DNA of 53,861 nt from a virus (IMGVR_UViG_3300008261_000101:1-53861); one strand, 5' to 3'; shown: positions 8,702-18,366, counted from the first letter of the stretch. Translations and numbers: made by a program. Notes: generated by a model not told the origin, from the sequence alone.

Positions 8702-9775
8702 CTACTCCTCGATGGTATCCACAACTTCTTCGTTTGTGTTCTCGATATTTACCTCGACTTGCTTTTTATTGGGTAAATCCGACATTACCATTTCGAGTAG
8801 TTCTCCTGTCCAGTTTTTACGATACTCCAAAGTTTCAATACCTTCGCTGTCAGTGTATTTGTAACGGTTTCCTTGTTTCTCAAGAACACCCCATTTTTCA
8901 AACATGTCAAACAATCCACTGTAAGGATCCATGCCAGTCTCATATGGAATTTTTACTTGTACACCTTCAAACGGTTTTGCATAACGTGTTTTCATCACTT
9001 TACATGCAGCACGAATACCGTTTACTTCACTTGTCTTGTTGCCATCTTCGTCTTCTTTAAGCTTCAACTTCTTCATTGCTACTACCATCGACGATGCGTA
9101 CACAAACCCCGAACCTCCTGAAATTTTATCATCAGGATCAAACATATCTTGCGATGCATAAGTGTGGTTAGTAACAACCATACCCACATTGTATGAACCA
9201 AACATGTTAACACAGTTAGTCACAAGTGCTTTAAGTGCTTTAGCCTTACGACCCATGTCACCTTTCATGTCACCTGCTTCGAACTGGTTGACTTCAGTAG
9301 GAGTCATAAGCATACCAAGACTGTCAATGACAAACAGCACCTTGGGACGATCTGCTTCATTCATGCTGCGATAATCGTCCATGAATGTTGAGATAGTTTT
9401 AGCAACATCATCGATCATTGCCATGTTGAGTTTGAGGATTTTTTCTTCGTTAGTATCAACGCCTAGTGCTTGCAGCCAACTTTCGTCAAGTGCGTTTTCC
9501 GAGTCAATAAGAACAACAAAAATACCCTGTTCTTGTGCGTGTTTTACAATATTGCCAGACACAATGTAAGACTTACCTGCACCCGACTCACCGGCAAACA
9601 CACTTACTTTGCCTAGCGGAATACCTTTTTTAAAGTCACCACTAAGCAAGTAATTAAGAGCATAGTTACCAGTGCTGATCCAATCAGTTGGGTCGTTAAA
9701 CCCTGCACTCATTCCTTTGATACTCTTTGTTAGCGAGTTTCGGAATTTGCTTGGATCAAATGCCTTTGTTGCCAT
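8702..9775 (-). CDS. uvsX: UvsX/RecA recombinase
   Basis: GESGAGKS (Walker A), LIDSENA, VIDSLGML, DMGRKAK, VTNHTY and ISGGSG. Confidence 0.95.
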   Translation of the reverse strand: MATKAFDPSKFRNSLTKSIKGMSAGFNDPTDWISTGNYALNYLLSGDFKKGIPLGKVSVFAGESGAGKSYIVSGNIVKHAQEQGIFVVLIDSENALDESWLQALGVDTNEEKILKLNMAMIDDVAKTISTFMDDYRSMNEADRPKVLFVIDSLGMLMTPTEVNQFEAGDMKGDMGRKAKALKALVTNCVNMFGSYNVGMVVTNHTYASQDMFDPDDKISGGSGFVYASSMVVAMKKLKLKEDEDGNKTSEVNGIRAACKVMKTRYAKPFEGVQVKIPYETGMDPYSGLFDMFEKWGVLEKQGNRYKYTDSEGIETLEYRKNWTGELLEMVMSDLPNKKQVEVNIENTNEEVVDTIEE

Positions 9776-9777
9776 GC

Positions 9778-9966
9778 TTATTCGAGCTCCATTCCGTTGT
9801 ATTCTTTAATGAGTGCAAACAGTTCGTCTTCTGACGCACACATCACTTTTACTGATTTCCAGTCATCTTTTTTATCACGACCGTTGATTTCTACCATCCA
9901 TCCGTTATCGTAACGGTTAACAGAGATGTTATCATTTACTTTAACTAGCTTGTTAATTTTTGCCAT
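9778..9966 (-). CDS. hypothetical protein (62 aa)
   Basis: An AGGAG SD precedes the ATG at 9966 (MAKINK...), so the start is moved from the track's 9993. Confidence 0.7.
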   Translation of the reverse strand: MAKINKLVKVNDNISVNRYDNGWMVEINGRDKKDDWKSVKVMCASEDELFALIKEYNGMELE

Positions 9967-9999
9967 TTGTTTATCTCCTAATATAAAAAGCAATAACGG

Positions 10000-10028
10000 T
10001 TATAGGCGTGCTTTGAACACGCCTATAA
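10000..10028 (-). terminator. intrinsic terminator hairpin after gp32
   Basis: TTATAGGCGTG-cttt gaa-CACGCCTATAA, an 11-bp stem. Confidence 0.75.
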
Positions 10029-10036
10029 TATTGTTT

Positions 10037-11020
10037 TTACCCGTTCTGACGAGCACGAATTTTTGCAAGAATATCTTGTGCGCCAGTAGATGCTGTATTA
10101 GTTACAGGTGCAGGCTTAGACACAGGTGCTGCGGCTCTAGCTGCTTCTTCATTTGATTTAAAACCAATGTCATCATCTTCGTCATTTACAATGGTTTTAG
10201 ACGATGCAACAGGATCTCCAGTACGAGCTGCCATGCCGCTAGGACGGAAATATTGGCTCCAACGATCTGCATCGTATGCTTCACCGTCAACTGAAGCTTC
10301 AAACATTTCTTTAATGACTTTAAGCTCAACATCTGTGGGCTTCTTAGGAAGGAAGTCACTGAGGTTATACAGTCCAAACTCGTTAATTGCTTTCATTTCC
10401 GAATCCGACAACGGACGGTCACGACGAGCCCAGTTGCTTGCACCATAGTCTGCATAGCCACCTTTAGACCCTTTGTTAAGACGGAAGTCAACACCAGCAG
10501 TGTAATCTGTTGGTAGTTCTTCCATGTCAGGATCCATAAGTGCTGCTTTAATAAGCTGGAAGATTTGAGGACCGATGATAAAACGTCGAATCGGATTATC
10601 CGGCGTAGTATCTTCTTTGATCGGATTGTCAGATACAAATCCTTGGAAGAGGTAACTACGCTTTTTCCAATACTTGCGTCCTAGATCTTCAAGAGTAGGA
10701 TCTTTAAACCACGGACGAACTTCGGTAAGAATTGGGCAAGATTCGCCATACATTTCCATGCACGGAACTTGTACTTGAACAGGACGTGACTCGGTTTCTC
10801 CTTTTACTCCTGCAAAAGGAAGTTTAATCATTGCACGTTCTACCCAAAAGAAGTCGTTTGAAGTATTGCCATCTGGAAGAAAACGAATGGTTGCAGTTTG
10901 GCCTTCTGCCATGTTCCAGAATGGATAAATTGCGTTGTCGCCGCCGGTGTTTTGATTATTACCGCTAGAACGTGTTTCCTGTTCTTTAAGTTTCGCGCGG
11001 ATTTCTGCTAATGATGCCAT
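10037..11020 (-). CDS. gp32: gp32-like single-stranded DNA-binding protein
   Basis: IRFLP, CMEMYGESCPI, KYWKKRSY and GYADY, plus an acidic/low-complexity C-terminus; AGGAGG SD. Confidence 0.92.
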   Translation of the reverse strand: MASLAEIRAKLKEQETRSSGNNQNTGGDNAIYPFWNMAEGQTATIRFLPDGNTSNDFFWVERAMIKLPFAGVKGETESRPVQVQVPCMEMYGESCPILTEVRPWFKDPTLEDLGRKYWKKRSYLFQGFVSDNPIKEDTTPDNPIRRFIIGPQIFQLIKAALMDPDMEELPTDYTAGVDFRLNKGSKGGYADYGASNWARRDRPLSDSEMKAINEFGLYNLSDFLPKKPTDVELKVIKEMFEASVDGEAYDADRWSQYFRPSGMAARTGDPVASSKTIVNDEDDDIGFKSNEEAARAAAPVSKPAPVTNTASTGAQDILAKIRARQNG

Positions 11021-11079
11021 AGTATTGCCTCCTTGTTATTGCCTATGCATTTGTGCCTTTAATGTGTAGCACAGTTACT

Positions 11080-11108
11080 AAACTACACAATATTATTTAT
11101 CTTGTCAA
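11080..11108 (-). promoter_or_regulatory. sigma70-like promoter with a late promoter (GATAAATA) embedded in its spacer
   Basis: TTGACA-17 nt-TAGTTT (extended TG); GATAAATA at 11094-11101. Confidence 0.7.
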
Positions 11109-11142
11109 GTATTTTTTTTAATATTATTAAGGTGTTAGCGAA

Positions 11143-13404
11143 TCATAGACCCGCTAACTGTTTTATAATTTCTGTTTGTGGATAACGAGAATTTAATGTT
11201 TCTTGTGCGTTACGTTTAGCAACAGTTGCCTCAACTTTTTGAATAAATTTAGCAGCCGGCTTTACATATTGTGTACCGTAATCTTTTTCTACCATAGTAA
11301 GAACTGCTGTTGGGCCTTTTGGAAATGTTCCGTTTTCTCTGTCAAAGTAAGACAGAATGAACTCTCCAAGTGGTGTCTTTGGCTTTTCTTGAGACATGCT
11401 CATTGGTGCTGTCATGGTGCTAGATGGGGTATCTGCGTTATCTTTCATTGACTCTGGCTCATCTATATATTGGAAGTTTAGTTGTTTTAATGTTCCCGAA
11501 TCGCCTGCGTCAATGTATGCGCCTAATCTTTTTAAGTGATATGCTGCGTCTTCGTCGCCTTGTTGTGCTGCTTGTTGTAGAGCTTGTCCTAATGGTGTAT
11601 TTGTCGGATCTGTCATCTTCATTGCGCCTAATCCGGTTAGTCCTAACAATGCAAGCATTGCTAATTTGCTTTTGAAACCTTCACCAACATCTGCTTCGCG
11701 GCCTGCTTGTGCATTCATTTCAATCCACTGCATTAGCGGATATAATGTGTTTACAATCTCGTTACCAAACGCTGCGTTTTTGCCACTGCCTGGTTCACGC
11801 TCCATACTTTTAGCTTTCTTACGCAATTCTATTACAGGTCTGATAACTTGTTGGAATTTAGGATTACTAGTGTCGGCATTGGCGTCTAGCCATGAAATAA
11901 CGTCGTAAACATCATTGGCATATTCGCCTGCAAGATTACCATCGTATGTACCTTGACCTCTTTCAATACTTTTGCCTATCATGCGTAGATTGCCTAGTAC
12001 TGCTATAGCGTCTTTGCTTGTGTTAATATATGCTTCTTCTAACTCTGCTTCGCTAACTTTTACACAGTTATCTACACGCTTGCCACCTTTCATTTTGGTG
12101 CCCATACGCTTGTAGCCTTTCCAGCATACTTTGCCGTCAACACCTTTTTGCTTTTCTTCGCTGAGTGTACGCCAACTTGGATTGCCACAATCTTCACACA
12201 CATGATCACTAAACTGACCCATTGTGTCTTCAAACGCTTGTTCTAGTTCAAACTCTTCTTTGGTTTTCTTTTCTGCTTTGCTGTACTTGTCTTTTAGACG
12301 GCCTAGTTCTTCTTGACTTGCACCTTCACGACCTGCTTGAGCAGCTTTCTTCATGTATTCTTTGCCGTGCTTTTTGACACCTGTATAATACTGTAAACCG
12401 GATTCATCTATTAGATCGTCTGGTCCAAGTTCTTTGGCTTTTGTTGCTTCGCCTACTAGTTTATAAATGTATGGAAATACGTCTTTGAGTTCTTCGTTGA
12501 ATTGTTTGATAGTAAGCTGGTCTATCCAATTTTCAGAAACGTCATCTGGAACATCTTCTACAACCGGTACTGTGTAACTCGATACTGCTTCCGAATAATA
12601 TGATGGTTTTTGTAGATTTTGAATTTCTTTTTTAATAGTTACAACACGCTCTTTTACAATGCCTACATAATCTGCCAATCCTTCGGCTACTACGCTACTG
12701 CGATTTATGTATTGGCTAAACTTGCGTAGTTTTGAAATTTCTTCTGAAAGTCCAGAAATGTATTTTCCGAAATCGTCGTATGCATTGCCGCCTTCACTAA
12801 CATGCATTGCCATTGCTCTTGCACCGCTTAGGTGTTTATATGGATATTTAAAACGCTCACCAGTTGGCGACTCGATATAAATTGCATTTATTTTTTGTGT
12901 TCTTCCTGTAGCACTTTCTACATTTATAGGTGCAATATGTTTAATAGCTAGTCTAGCATTTCCAATACGCTGATAACTTGTTTTATTTGTGCCATACATT
13001 TTAGATTCGGCCATGGTTTCATCTCCGGAAGTTTTGTTTGCTAAGAACGAGTAGTCTCGTTTTGTTAAGTTATTTTTGTTGATATCTCTAACATCAAAGT
13101 TCATCATATTTTTTTTGGCAAATAGTCTTAATTCTTTTAAAAAGCTATACCAGTTATTTTGTATATCTTCAGTTTGTCCTGATGCAAAGTCTTGCGACAT
13201 GATTACTGTTAACCCGGTATCTTCGCTGATATTAACACTGACTTTGCCTAAGTCCACTCCGTCTATCATGTAGCTAAAATCAAAATATCTTGCTTCTTCG
13301 GGTATGTTGGTTACAGTACCGTCTTCGTCGCCGATAGTAACGTCTGAAAACCGTCCTCTGATTTTATTAAAAAGATTATTTGCTACATAACTTAAATTTT
13401 TCAT
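11143..13404 (-). CDS. probable virion/internal head protein with a modular central region (753 aa)
   Basis: Late promoter immediately upstream; next to the terminase; many hydrophobic-x-E sites; CWKGY motif module. Confidence 0.6.
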   Translation of the reverse strand: MKNLSYVANNLFNKIRGRFSDVTIGDEDGTVTNIPEEARYFDFSYMIDGVDLGKVSVNISEDTGLTVIMSQDFASGQTEDIQNNWYSFLKELRLFAKKNMMNFDVRDINKNNLTKRDYSFLANKTSGDETMAESKMYGTNKTSYQRIGNARLAIKHIAPINVESATGRTQKINAIYIESPTGERFKYPYKHLSGARAMAMHVSEGGNAYDDFGKYISGLSEEISKLRKFSQYINRSSVVAEGLADYVGIVKERVVTIKKEIQNLQKPSYYSEAVSSYTVPVVEDVPDDVSENWIDQLTIKQFNEELKDVFPYIYKLVGEATKAKELGPDDLIDESGLQYYTGVKKHGKEYMKKAAQAGREGASQEELGRLKDKYSKAEKKTKEEFELEQAFEDTMGQFSDHVCEDCGNPSWRTLSEEKQKGVDGKVCWKGYKRMGTKMKGGKRVDNCVKVSEAELEEAYINTSKDAIAVLGNLRMIGKSIERGQGTYDGNLAGEYANDVYDVISWLDANADTSNPKFQQVIRPVIELRKKAKSMEREPGSGKNAAFGNEIVNTLYPLMQWIEMNAQAGREADVGEGFKSKLAMLALLGLTGLGAMKMTDPTNTPLGQALQQAAQQGDEDAAYHLKRLGAYIDAGDSGTLKQLNFQYIDEPESMKDNADTPSSTMTAPMSMSQEKPKTPLGEFILSYFDRENGTFPKGPTAVLTMVEKDYGTQYVKPAAKFIQKVEATVAKRNAQETLNSRYPQTEIIKQLAGL

Positions 13405-13414
13405 AAAGTATTTA

Positions 13415-14998
13415 TCAATAATTTGAACTTACAAAGATTGGCATGGGCAGTTCATATTCTTCATCCGATTGCATTTGACTAAAGGTGTTGTAAACATTTG
13501 GATCCCAGTCCTTCATAACGCTTAGTATTCTTAATGCAAGTAACATAGAACTTATTAAGTCGTCACTTTGACCAGATTTTGCTTGAAAACTGCTGCCCGT
13601 TGCAATAAAAGTTTTTAATTCGCTTATAAACGGTTTACTTTTTATAATAAGCTGATCGTTTTCAATCATTGTTTTTAATCTCGAACATGCAGTAATTTTA
13701 CTACTGTGTGTTGTATTAAATCCTTTTCTGAATTTTCTTACATGCCCTTTTCGCATGGGTTCACTGGTAAACAGTCCTGGAATGTTTTCTTCGCCGAAGT
13801 CATTTATAACAAGTAATGCAGCTTCGCCTAAGCCGTTGTTCTCTACGCTCCAGTATATATTGCTGCCGCCGCTTTTGCACTCATCAGATATGTATTTGCA
13901 AACATCTTTTAATACTCTAATTTGTCCAGGTATACTAGTTGTATTGTGTTGCCATTCGCCGACTTGTTCGTATGTGGGAATTTCTACAATTTGTATTGCA
14001 GCGTTGTCGCCTCCGGTGCCCATGCTAGGATCAAGTGCAACAACATAACTGTACTTTGCATTTGGCTTTTTATACCATCGAGTTTGCCCCATATTTAATA
14101 CAGGAGAGTTTCCTTCCATTACAGCTAACTTAATGGAATTTATTAACGTTTCGTCGTAAACTAAGAATTCGCATCCATATTCACGACGGAACTTTTCTTC
14201 GCCGATACGACCAATCTCTTCAGATTTCCATTCTTCGTCTCTGTCAGGATGTTCCCACCAATCGGCACGAAATGCATGAAAGCCATTAATACCTACATCT
14301 TGTTCGTTTCCGTATTCATCAAACTTGTTTTCTGCTTGTTTCCAAATAGTAGCAAATGTATCTTCGTCTGAGTTTGGTGTGCTAGTAATAACAGCACGAC
14401 CACCGGTTGCTAGAGTAGGAGAGATTGAAGTCCAAAATTCTTCTGCAATGTTAGGCTGCACGAAGGCAAACTCGTCGCAGTATAATAATGAAATACTCAT
14501 ACCACGTCCTGTGTTTCCGGTAGTTGTTTGACTTACAATACGAGATCCGTTTTCAAATTCAATAGATCCTTTATTGTAGCTTGTAACACCTGCTCTAATG
14601 TAATCTGGGCAAGTTTCGTATACATATCGAACTCGTGCCATAATTTCTTGTGCACCGGTATATTTGTGTGCAGCAATAAGAATTGTTTGGTCTGGATGAA
14701 ACATTGCATACCAGCAAAGATAAATTGCTGCACAGGTTGTTTTGCCTGTTTGTCGAGGCATCATGTTGATATTAAAACGGTAGTTGTGATAACTGTGCAA
14801 TAACCTTAATTGATATTCATATGGATCAAATAACAATTTTCCTTTTACAGGATGCTGTATGTGTGCAAAATGTTTTGCAAAGTACAGATATCCATCATTA
14901 GGATCCATACACTGTAACAAATCTTGAATCTGCTCTTCTGAGTATGTTTCTTTTTGATTTGCTTTTTTAGTTATAACGCCGTCTAAACTTTTTCCCAT
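13415..14998 (-). CDS. gp17: terminase large subunit
   Basis: PRQTGKT (Walker A), LLYCDEFAF (Walker B), ITSTPN, ALDPSMG (RuvC-like nuclease) and SDDLI. Confidence 0.95.
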   Translation of the reverse strand: MGKSLDGVITKKANQKETYSEEQIQDLLQCMDPNDGYLYFAKHFAHIQHPVKGKLLFDPYEYQLRLLHSYHNYRFNINMMPRQTGKTTCAAIYLCWYAMFHPDQTILIAAHKYTGAQEIMARVRYVYETCPDYIRAGVTSYNKGSIEFENGSRIVSQTTTGNTGRGMSISLLYCDEFAFVQPNIAEEFWTSISPTLATGGRAVITSTPNSDEDTFATIWKQAENKFDEYGNEQDVGINGFHAFRADWWEHPDRDEEWKSEEIGRIGEEKFRREYGCEFLVYDETLINSIKLAVMEGNSPVLNMGQTRWYKKPNAKYSYVVALDPSMGTGGDNAAIQIVEIPTYEQVGEWQHNTTSIPGQIRVLKDVCKYISDECKSGGSNIYWSVENNGLGEAALLVINDFGEENIPGLFTSEPMRKGHVRKFRKGFNTTHSSKITACSRLKTMIENDQLIIKSKPFISELKTFIATGSSFQAKSGQSDDLISSMLLALRILSVMKDWDPNVYNTFSQMQSDEEYELPMPIFVSSNY

Positions 14999-15016
14999 GA
15001 CAATATTTAGTCAAGA

Positions 15017-15040
15017 AAATAGCGCCCGAAGGCGCTATTT
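15017..15040 (-). terminator. T4-type C(UUCG)G terminator
   Basis: AAATAGCGCC-TTCG-GGCGCTATTT followed by TTC on the minus strand. Confidence 0.85.
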
Positions 15041-15053
15041 GATATTTAAAATT

Positions 15054-15662
15054 TTACTTTTTAAAAGGCGTTTTTTTCTTATCAGCAACTGCTTTTTTCA
15101 TTGGCTCTTTTTTGTTGCCATCCTTGTCCATATCAAGGAAGTCTGGTTTTGCAGCTTCTTTGACTTTCTTATCAGCAACTGCTTTTTTCATTGGCTCTTT
15201 TTTGTTGCCATCTTTGTCCATGTCTAGGAAGTCTGGTTTTGCTTTCTTTTCGTTCAATGCACGATAAAGACGATCTTTGATACTTTCGATTGCCATTGGG
15301 TTATCGCCTGCTGCTGCCGGTTTATACATTTTCTTTTCGCGATTTAGTCCGCCTGATATGGTTTTAGTCATATATTCGTGATCTTGGTATTCTTCGTCTG
15401 GTTCGTTTGCCCAGTCTTCAAATGCTTCTTCTTCGGCTTCCATGTTGTCCATAGACATTGCCATAGTAGGCGATCCTGATTCAATGTTTGCTAAAGCTCT
15501 CATAATATCTGCCATGCTGTTTCCAGTAACACTAATGTTTACATTAGATGCTGATTCTTGCGGCATCATTCCACATTCGTTTACTGCTGATTCTGTTATG
15601 ACTGATTTCTTTTCAACGGTATCAAAGCCTTTTAAAATTTTTAGCATATCTAAGTCTGACAT
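15054..15662 (-). CDS. probable head-associated protein with two DxDxDG repeats
   Basis: AKPDFLDMDKDGNKKEPMKKAVADKK occurs twice; Glu-rich putative cleavage sites. Confidence 0.7.
   Translation of the reverse strand: MSDLDMLKILKGFDTVEKKSVITESAVNECGMMPQESASNVNISVTGNSMADIMRALANIESGSPTMAMSMDNMEAEEEAFEDWANEPDEEYQDHEYMTKTISGGLNREKKMYKPAAAGDNPMAIESIKDRLYRALNEKKAKPDFLDMDKDGNKKEPMKKAVADKKVKEAAKPDFLDMDKDGNKKEPMKKAVADKKKTPFKK
15075..15242. repeat. intragenic direct repeat, 78 nt x2, 90-nt period
   Basis: 15075-15152 and 15165-15242 differ at only 3 synonymous positions. Confidence 0.9.
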
Positions 15663-15664
15663 TG

Positions 15665-16210
15665 TTAACTCCCAATTGTACTTTTGTTGTTGTTTGGTTC
15701 CGTTTTAGCTGCTTCGACTTTGAAACCATCATTACCTGCACGTTCTTTTTTTGCAGTTTCTAATTCTTTGAGTAAGTCCATTACTCTATTATTTCCTACT
15801 GACTTTTGAGCACTCTCGCCGCCCATATCTTCTTTTGTTAGTAGTGATTCGTATTCAGTTGATTCGTTTTCTTTAGTATCTAATTCAAGTGGACTGTTAG
15901 GATTTCTTACAACGATGTGTGATGCAGGAACTCTGCAAACAGTACCTAAATATTCTTTCAACACAAAGTCAGTTGTTGGATAAGATAGCTCAACTTCAAA
16001 GTAAGTTACTGTTGAGTTTGAAATGTTCGGAAACTCCAGCGGACTTTCTTGTATAGGTGTTGTTTTTGTTTTTTTGAAATTGTTAACTTGGAACTTTTCT
16101 AAAGATGTTTTTAGAATATCCTCAAACCCTTCGGGAAGATCTCCTGCAACTCCGATTTTCCAGCTATACGTTTTTTTGCTTTCAGCAATGTATTTTTTTA
16201 AATCTTTCAT
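15665..16210 (-). CDS. hypothetical protein with an N-terminus resembling the T4 capsid-targeting sequence
   Basis: MKDLKKYIAE resembles MKTYQEFIAE of T4 internal proteins; GATAAATA late promoter at 16232-16239. Confidence 0.65.
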   Translation of the reverse strand: MKDLKKYIAESKKTYSWKIGVAGDLPEGFEDILKTSLEKFQVNNFKKTKTTPIQESPLEFPNISNSTVTYFEVELSYPTTDFVLKEYLGTVCRVPASHIVVRNPNSPLELDTKENESTEYESLLTKEDMGGESAQKSVGNNRVMDLLKELETAKKERAGNDGFKVEAAKTEPNNNKSTIGS

Positions 16211-16237
16211 GGTGATACCTTAACTTTATATTATTTA

Positions 16238-17035
16238 TCATTTAAGTTTTTTAAAGTATGTTTCAAAGGGTTCAACAGGGTTAACAAATTTCTCAAAACT
16301 CATGTCAAAATTGTCGTGCTTGATCCAATACTTTATGTTATACGACAATATTTCATTGTTTTCTCTAGACAAATAACAATTTCTTTTATCTATGTACTTT
16401 CTAACACTGTCATCATTTATACCGTAGTGTGCATTTTCTTTTTGTGTTATTTTTTCTAGATTTTTTGTTTCTAAGAACAATGTGTCGGGTCTAATTCGTT
16501 TAACTTCGTTTATCATTAATTCGCGTATAAATGCTTCTTGTTCGTTGTTGTGAATATAGGTAAAATAGTTTTGTGCTGCTTGTAAAACTCTTATACCCTT
16601 TAACCCAGGGTCATAATATCTAGGTGCTTTAATTTCAATGTCAACTGTACTTTGAGATAAGTGTTTGCCGTATGTTATTGGATATTCTTCACGTGTGGTT
16701 AGCACACTTTCGTTTGGCAAAAATAATATTTTTGTGGACGGAATAATAAAAATAATTTTTTCAAACTTGTGTTGATTTTTTATAAAATTTTGTACAGCAA
16801 AAAATAAGTTACTTTCTGGTTCACAGTAATTTAGTATACCATATCTGCTTTCTAGAAGTTGTACCCACGACGGTGTTGTATTATCTTTATGCAAATATTG
16901 ACCATACCCGTTGCCAAATATCCCAATTTCTGCTTTTAATATTTTAGGAGATTCTGCCGGCATCGGTGTATCGTTAGATATACGAGTGCCAACCACTTGT
17001 CTTGAAGATGTTATATTACCTTTAATGTATCGCAT
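16238..17035 (-). CDS. hypothetical protein, degenerate SGNH-like
   Basis: IGIFGNGY...SW..LL...NYC..ES layout with DKRNCYLSRENN near the C-terminus. Confidence 0.5.
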   Translation of the reverse strand: MRYIKGNITSSRQVVGTRISNDTPMPAESPKILKAEIGIFGNGYGQYLHKDNTTPSWVQLLESRYGILNYCEPESNLFFAVQNFIKNQHKFEKIIFIIPSTKILFLPNESVLTTREEYPITYGKHLSQSTVDIEIKAPRYYDPGLKGIRVLQAAQNYFTYIHNNEQEAFIRELMINEVKRIRPDTLFLETKNLEKITQKENAHYGINDDSVRKYIDKRNCYLSRENNEILSYNIKYWIKHDNFDMSFEKFVNPVEPFETYFKKLK

Positions 17036-17038
17036 AGT

Positions 17039-17521
17039 TTATTTTAGACCTTTTAATCGTTCGATTAAGCTATTGCGATCTGTTACAACAAATCCTTCGC
17101 CTTGTGTAAATTGATCAGTGGAAGTTTCTTCTTTATCTAGCTTATCTTTTTTGAGCTGCAATTCTATCATTTTAAGTTTTTTATCTAATTTAGCAACTTT
17201 TGCATTAAGTCCTGTTTGCAGCATAGAGTTTGCAACTTCAAAAACTCTACCCGAATATCTTGCTTCGACGTTCATTCCTAAGTTCATTAAATCATCATAT
17301 GCAGTTAATGCTTTATTTGCAATATCATTTAATTCATCATCTGCCATTTGCCCTAGGCCATTTACAGCAGGCAATGCCGCTGCAATTTTATCATACTCGG
17401 CAAGTTCTCTAAATGATTTTTCAGATTCGACTATTGTATTACTTTTTTCTTTTTTATTTTCTTTTTTGTGCAATTCTTTTGAATCTGGTAAATTTAATAA
17501 ATCTTCTAATTTCTTAGTCAT
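17039..17521 (-). CDS. probable terminase small subunit (gp16-like)
   Basis: 160-aa helical/coiled-coil protein with RVFEVA and a C-terminal VVTDRNSLIERLK; late promoter; located near gp17 and gp4. Confidence 0.5.
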   Translation of the reverse strand: MTKKLEDLLNLPDSKELHKKENKKEKSNTIVESEKSFRELAEYDKIAAALPAVNGLGQMADDELNDIANKALTAYDDLMNLGMNVEARYSGRVFEVANSMLQTGLNAKVAKLDKKLKMIELQLKKDKLDKEETSTDQFTQGEGFVVTDRNSLIERLKGLK

Positions 17522-17550
17522 AATAGTATCCTATAATATGCTACTATTAT

Positions 17551-17988
17551 TTATCTTTTTTTGCCTTGGTGGAAAATGTCTTCTTCACTTACAATTCTAA
17601 ATGTAATGTTTTGCTGTTTGCACCATGCTCTAGCAGCTTCCCATTTGGCTTGATTTAATACATAGTGCGCCTGGTTGCTTTTACTGCGTCCTAGTTTTTC
17701 TTTAATGGTATGGTTTAATGGTTTTACTTCAATTACTTCTGCGTGTGATTTTCCATTTGCATCAACATACGAAATAAAAAAATCAGGAACATAAATTGTA
17801 TATTTTCCTGTGAATGGATTTCTATAAGGAATCTTTATTGCTTCACTTGCCCATTTGTTTACATTTGGATGACTATCACAGAAACGCATAAATGCAAATT
17901 CCCAGCTACTTCTATATGTTGGTGTTCGGTTTCCTACATATTTGTCTGGGTTTTGTAGATTATACTTTCCTTGTGCAAATCTAGGCAT
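17551..17988 (-). CDS. gp4: gp4-like head completion nuclease (PD-(D/E)xK)
   Basis: NPDKYVG, YRSSWE, WASE, YVPDF, IEVKP, NQAKWEAA and FRIVSE. Confidence 0.9.
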   Translation of the reverse strand: MPRFAQGKYNLQNPDKYVGNRTPTYRSSWEFAFMRFCDSHPNVNKWASEAIKIPYRNPFTGKYTIYVPDFFISYVDANGKSHAEVIEVKPLNHTIKEKLGRSKSNQAHYVLNQAKWEAARAWCKQQNITFRIVSEEDIFHQGKKR

Positions 17989-18356
17989 TAGTATAAGATA
18001 TTTCTTTTTTCAACGTAAGCAGTATTATCTTGCTCTTTGTAGCCTAGCTTGCTCAATCGAGAACGATTGGCATTTAAAATTGCAGCAACTAATCCATTTA
18101 ACTGTAGCTTGTTGTATTTTTTTAATCCGTCGAGTAACTCAAATACGTTTACTTGGTCAACTTTGGCTTGTTGTAGTAATATAGTCGAAACACTTAACGC
18201 TGCTACCTCGTCAAATCCTTTGTTTTTGAAAAATCCTACAACAGCGTCAACTTGATTGCTAGGGTACGAAATAGGTTCGTTAAAATATCTGCTAAAAAAC
18301 TCTTTAGTAGGGGTTGCACTATCTGTGATTTTGTTTAACGTTTGAATGCTTGACAT
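17988..18356 (-). CDS. hypothetical protein (122 aa)
   Basis: AAGGA SD; overlaps the gp4 start. Confidence 0.7.
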   Translation of the reverse strand: MSSIQTLNKITDSATPTKEFFSRYFNEPISYPSNQVDAVVGFFKNKGFDEVAALSVSTILLQQAKVDQVNVFELLDGLKKYNKLQLNGLVAAILNANRSRLSKLGYKEQDNTAYVEKRNILY

Positions 18357-18366
18357 GTTGATTCCT

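Noticed and set aside
13415-14998. Intein or intron in the terminase, UvsX or UvsW
   Set aside because: Lengths are normal, the motifs are contiguous, and no splicing or homing-endonuclease motifs were seen.
17118-17600. 160-aa plus-strand ORF
   Set aside because: Antisense to the Lys/Glu-rich gp16-like gene; low-complexity S/F/L mirror translation.
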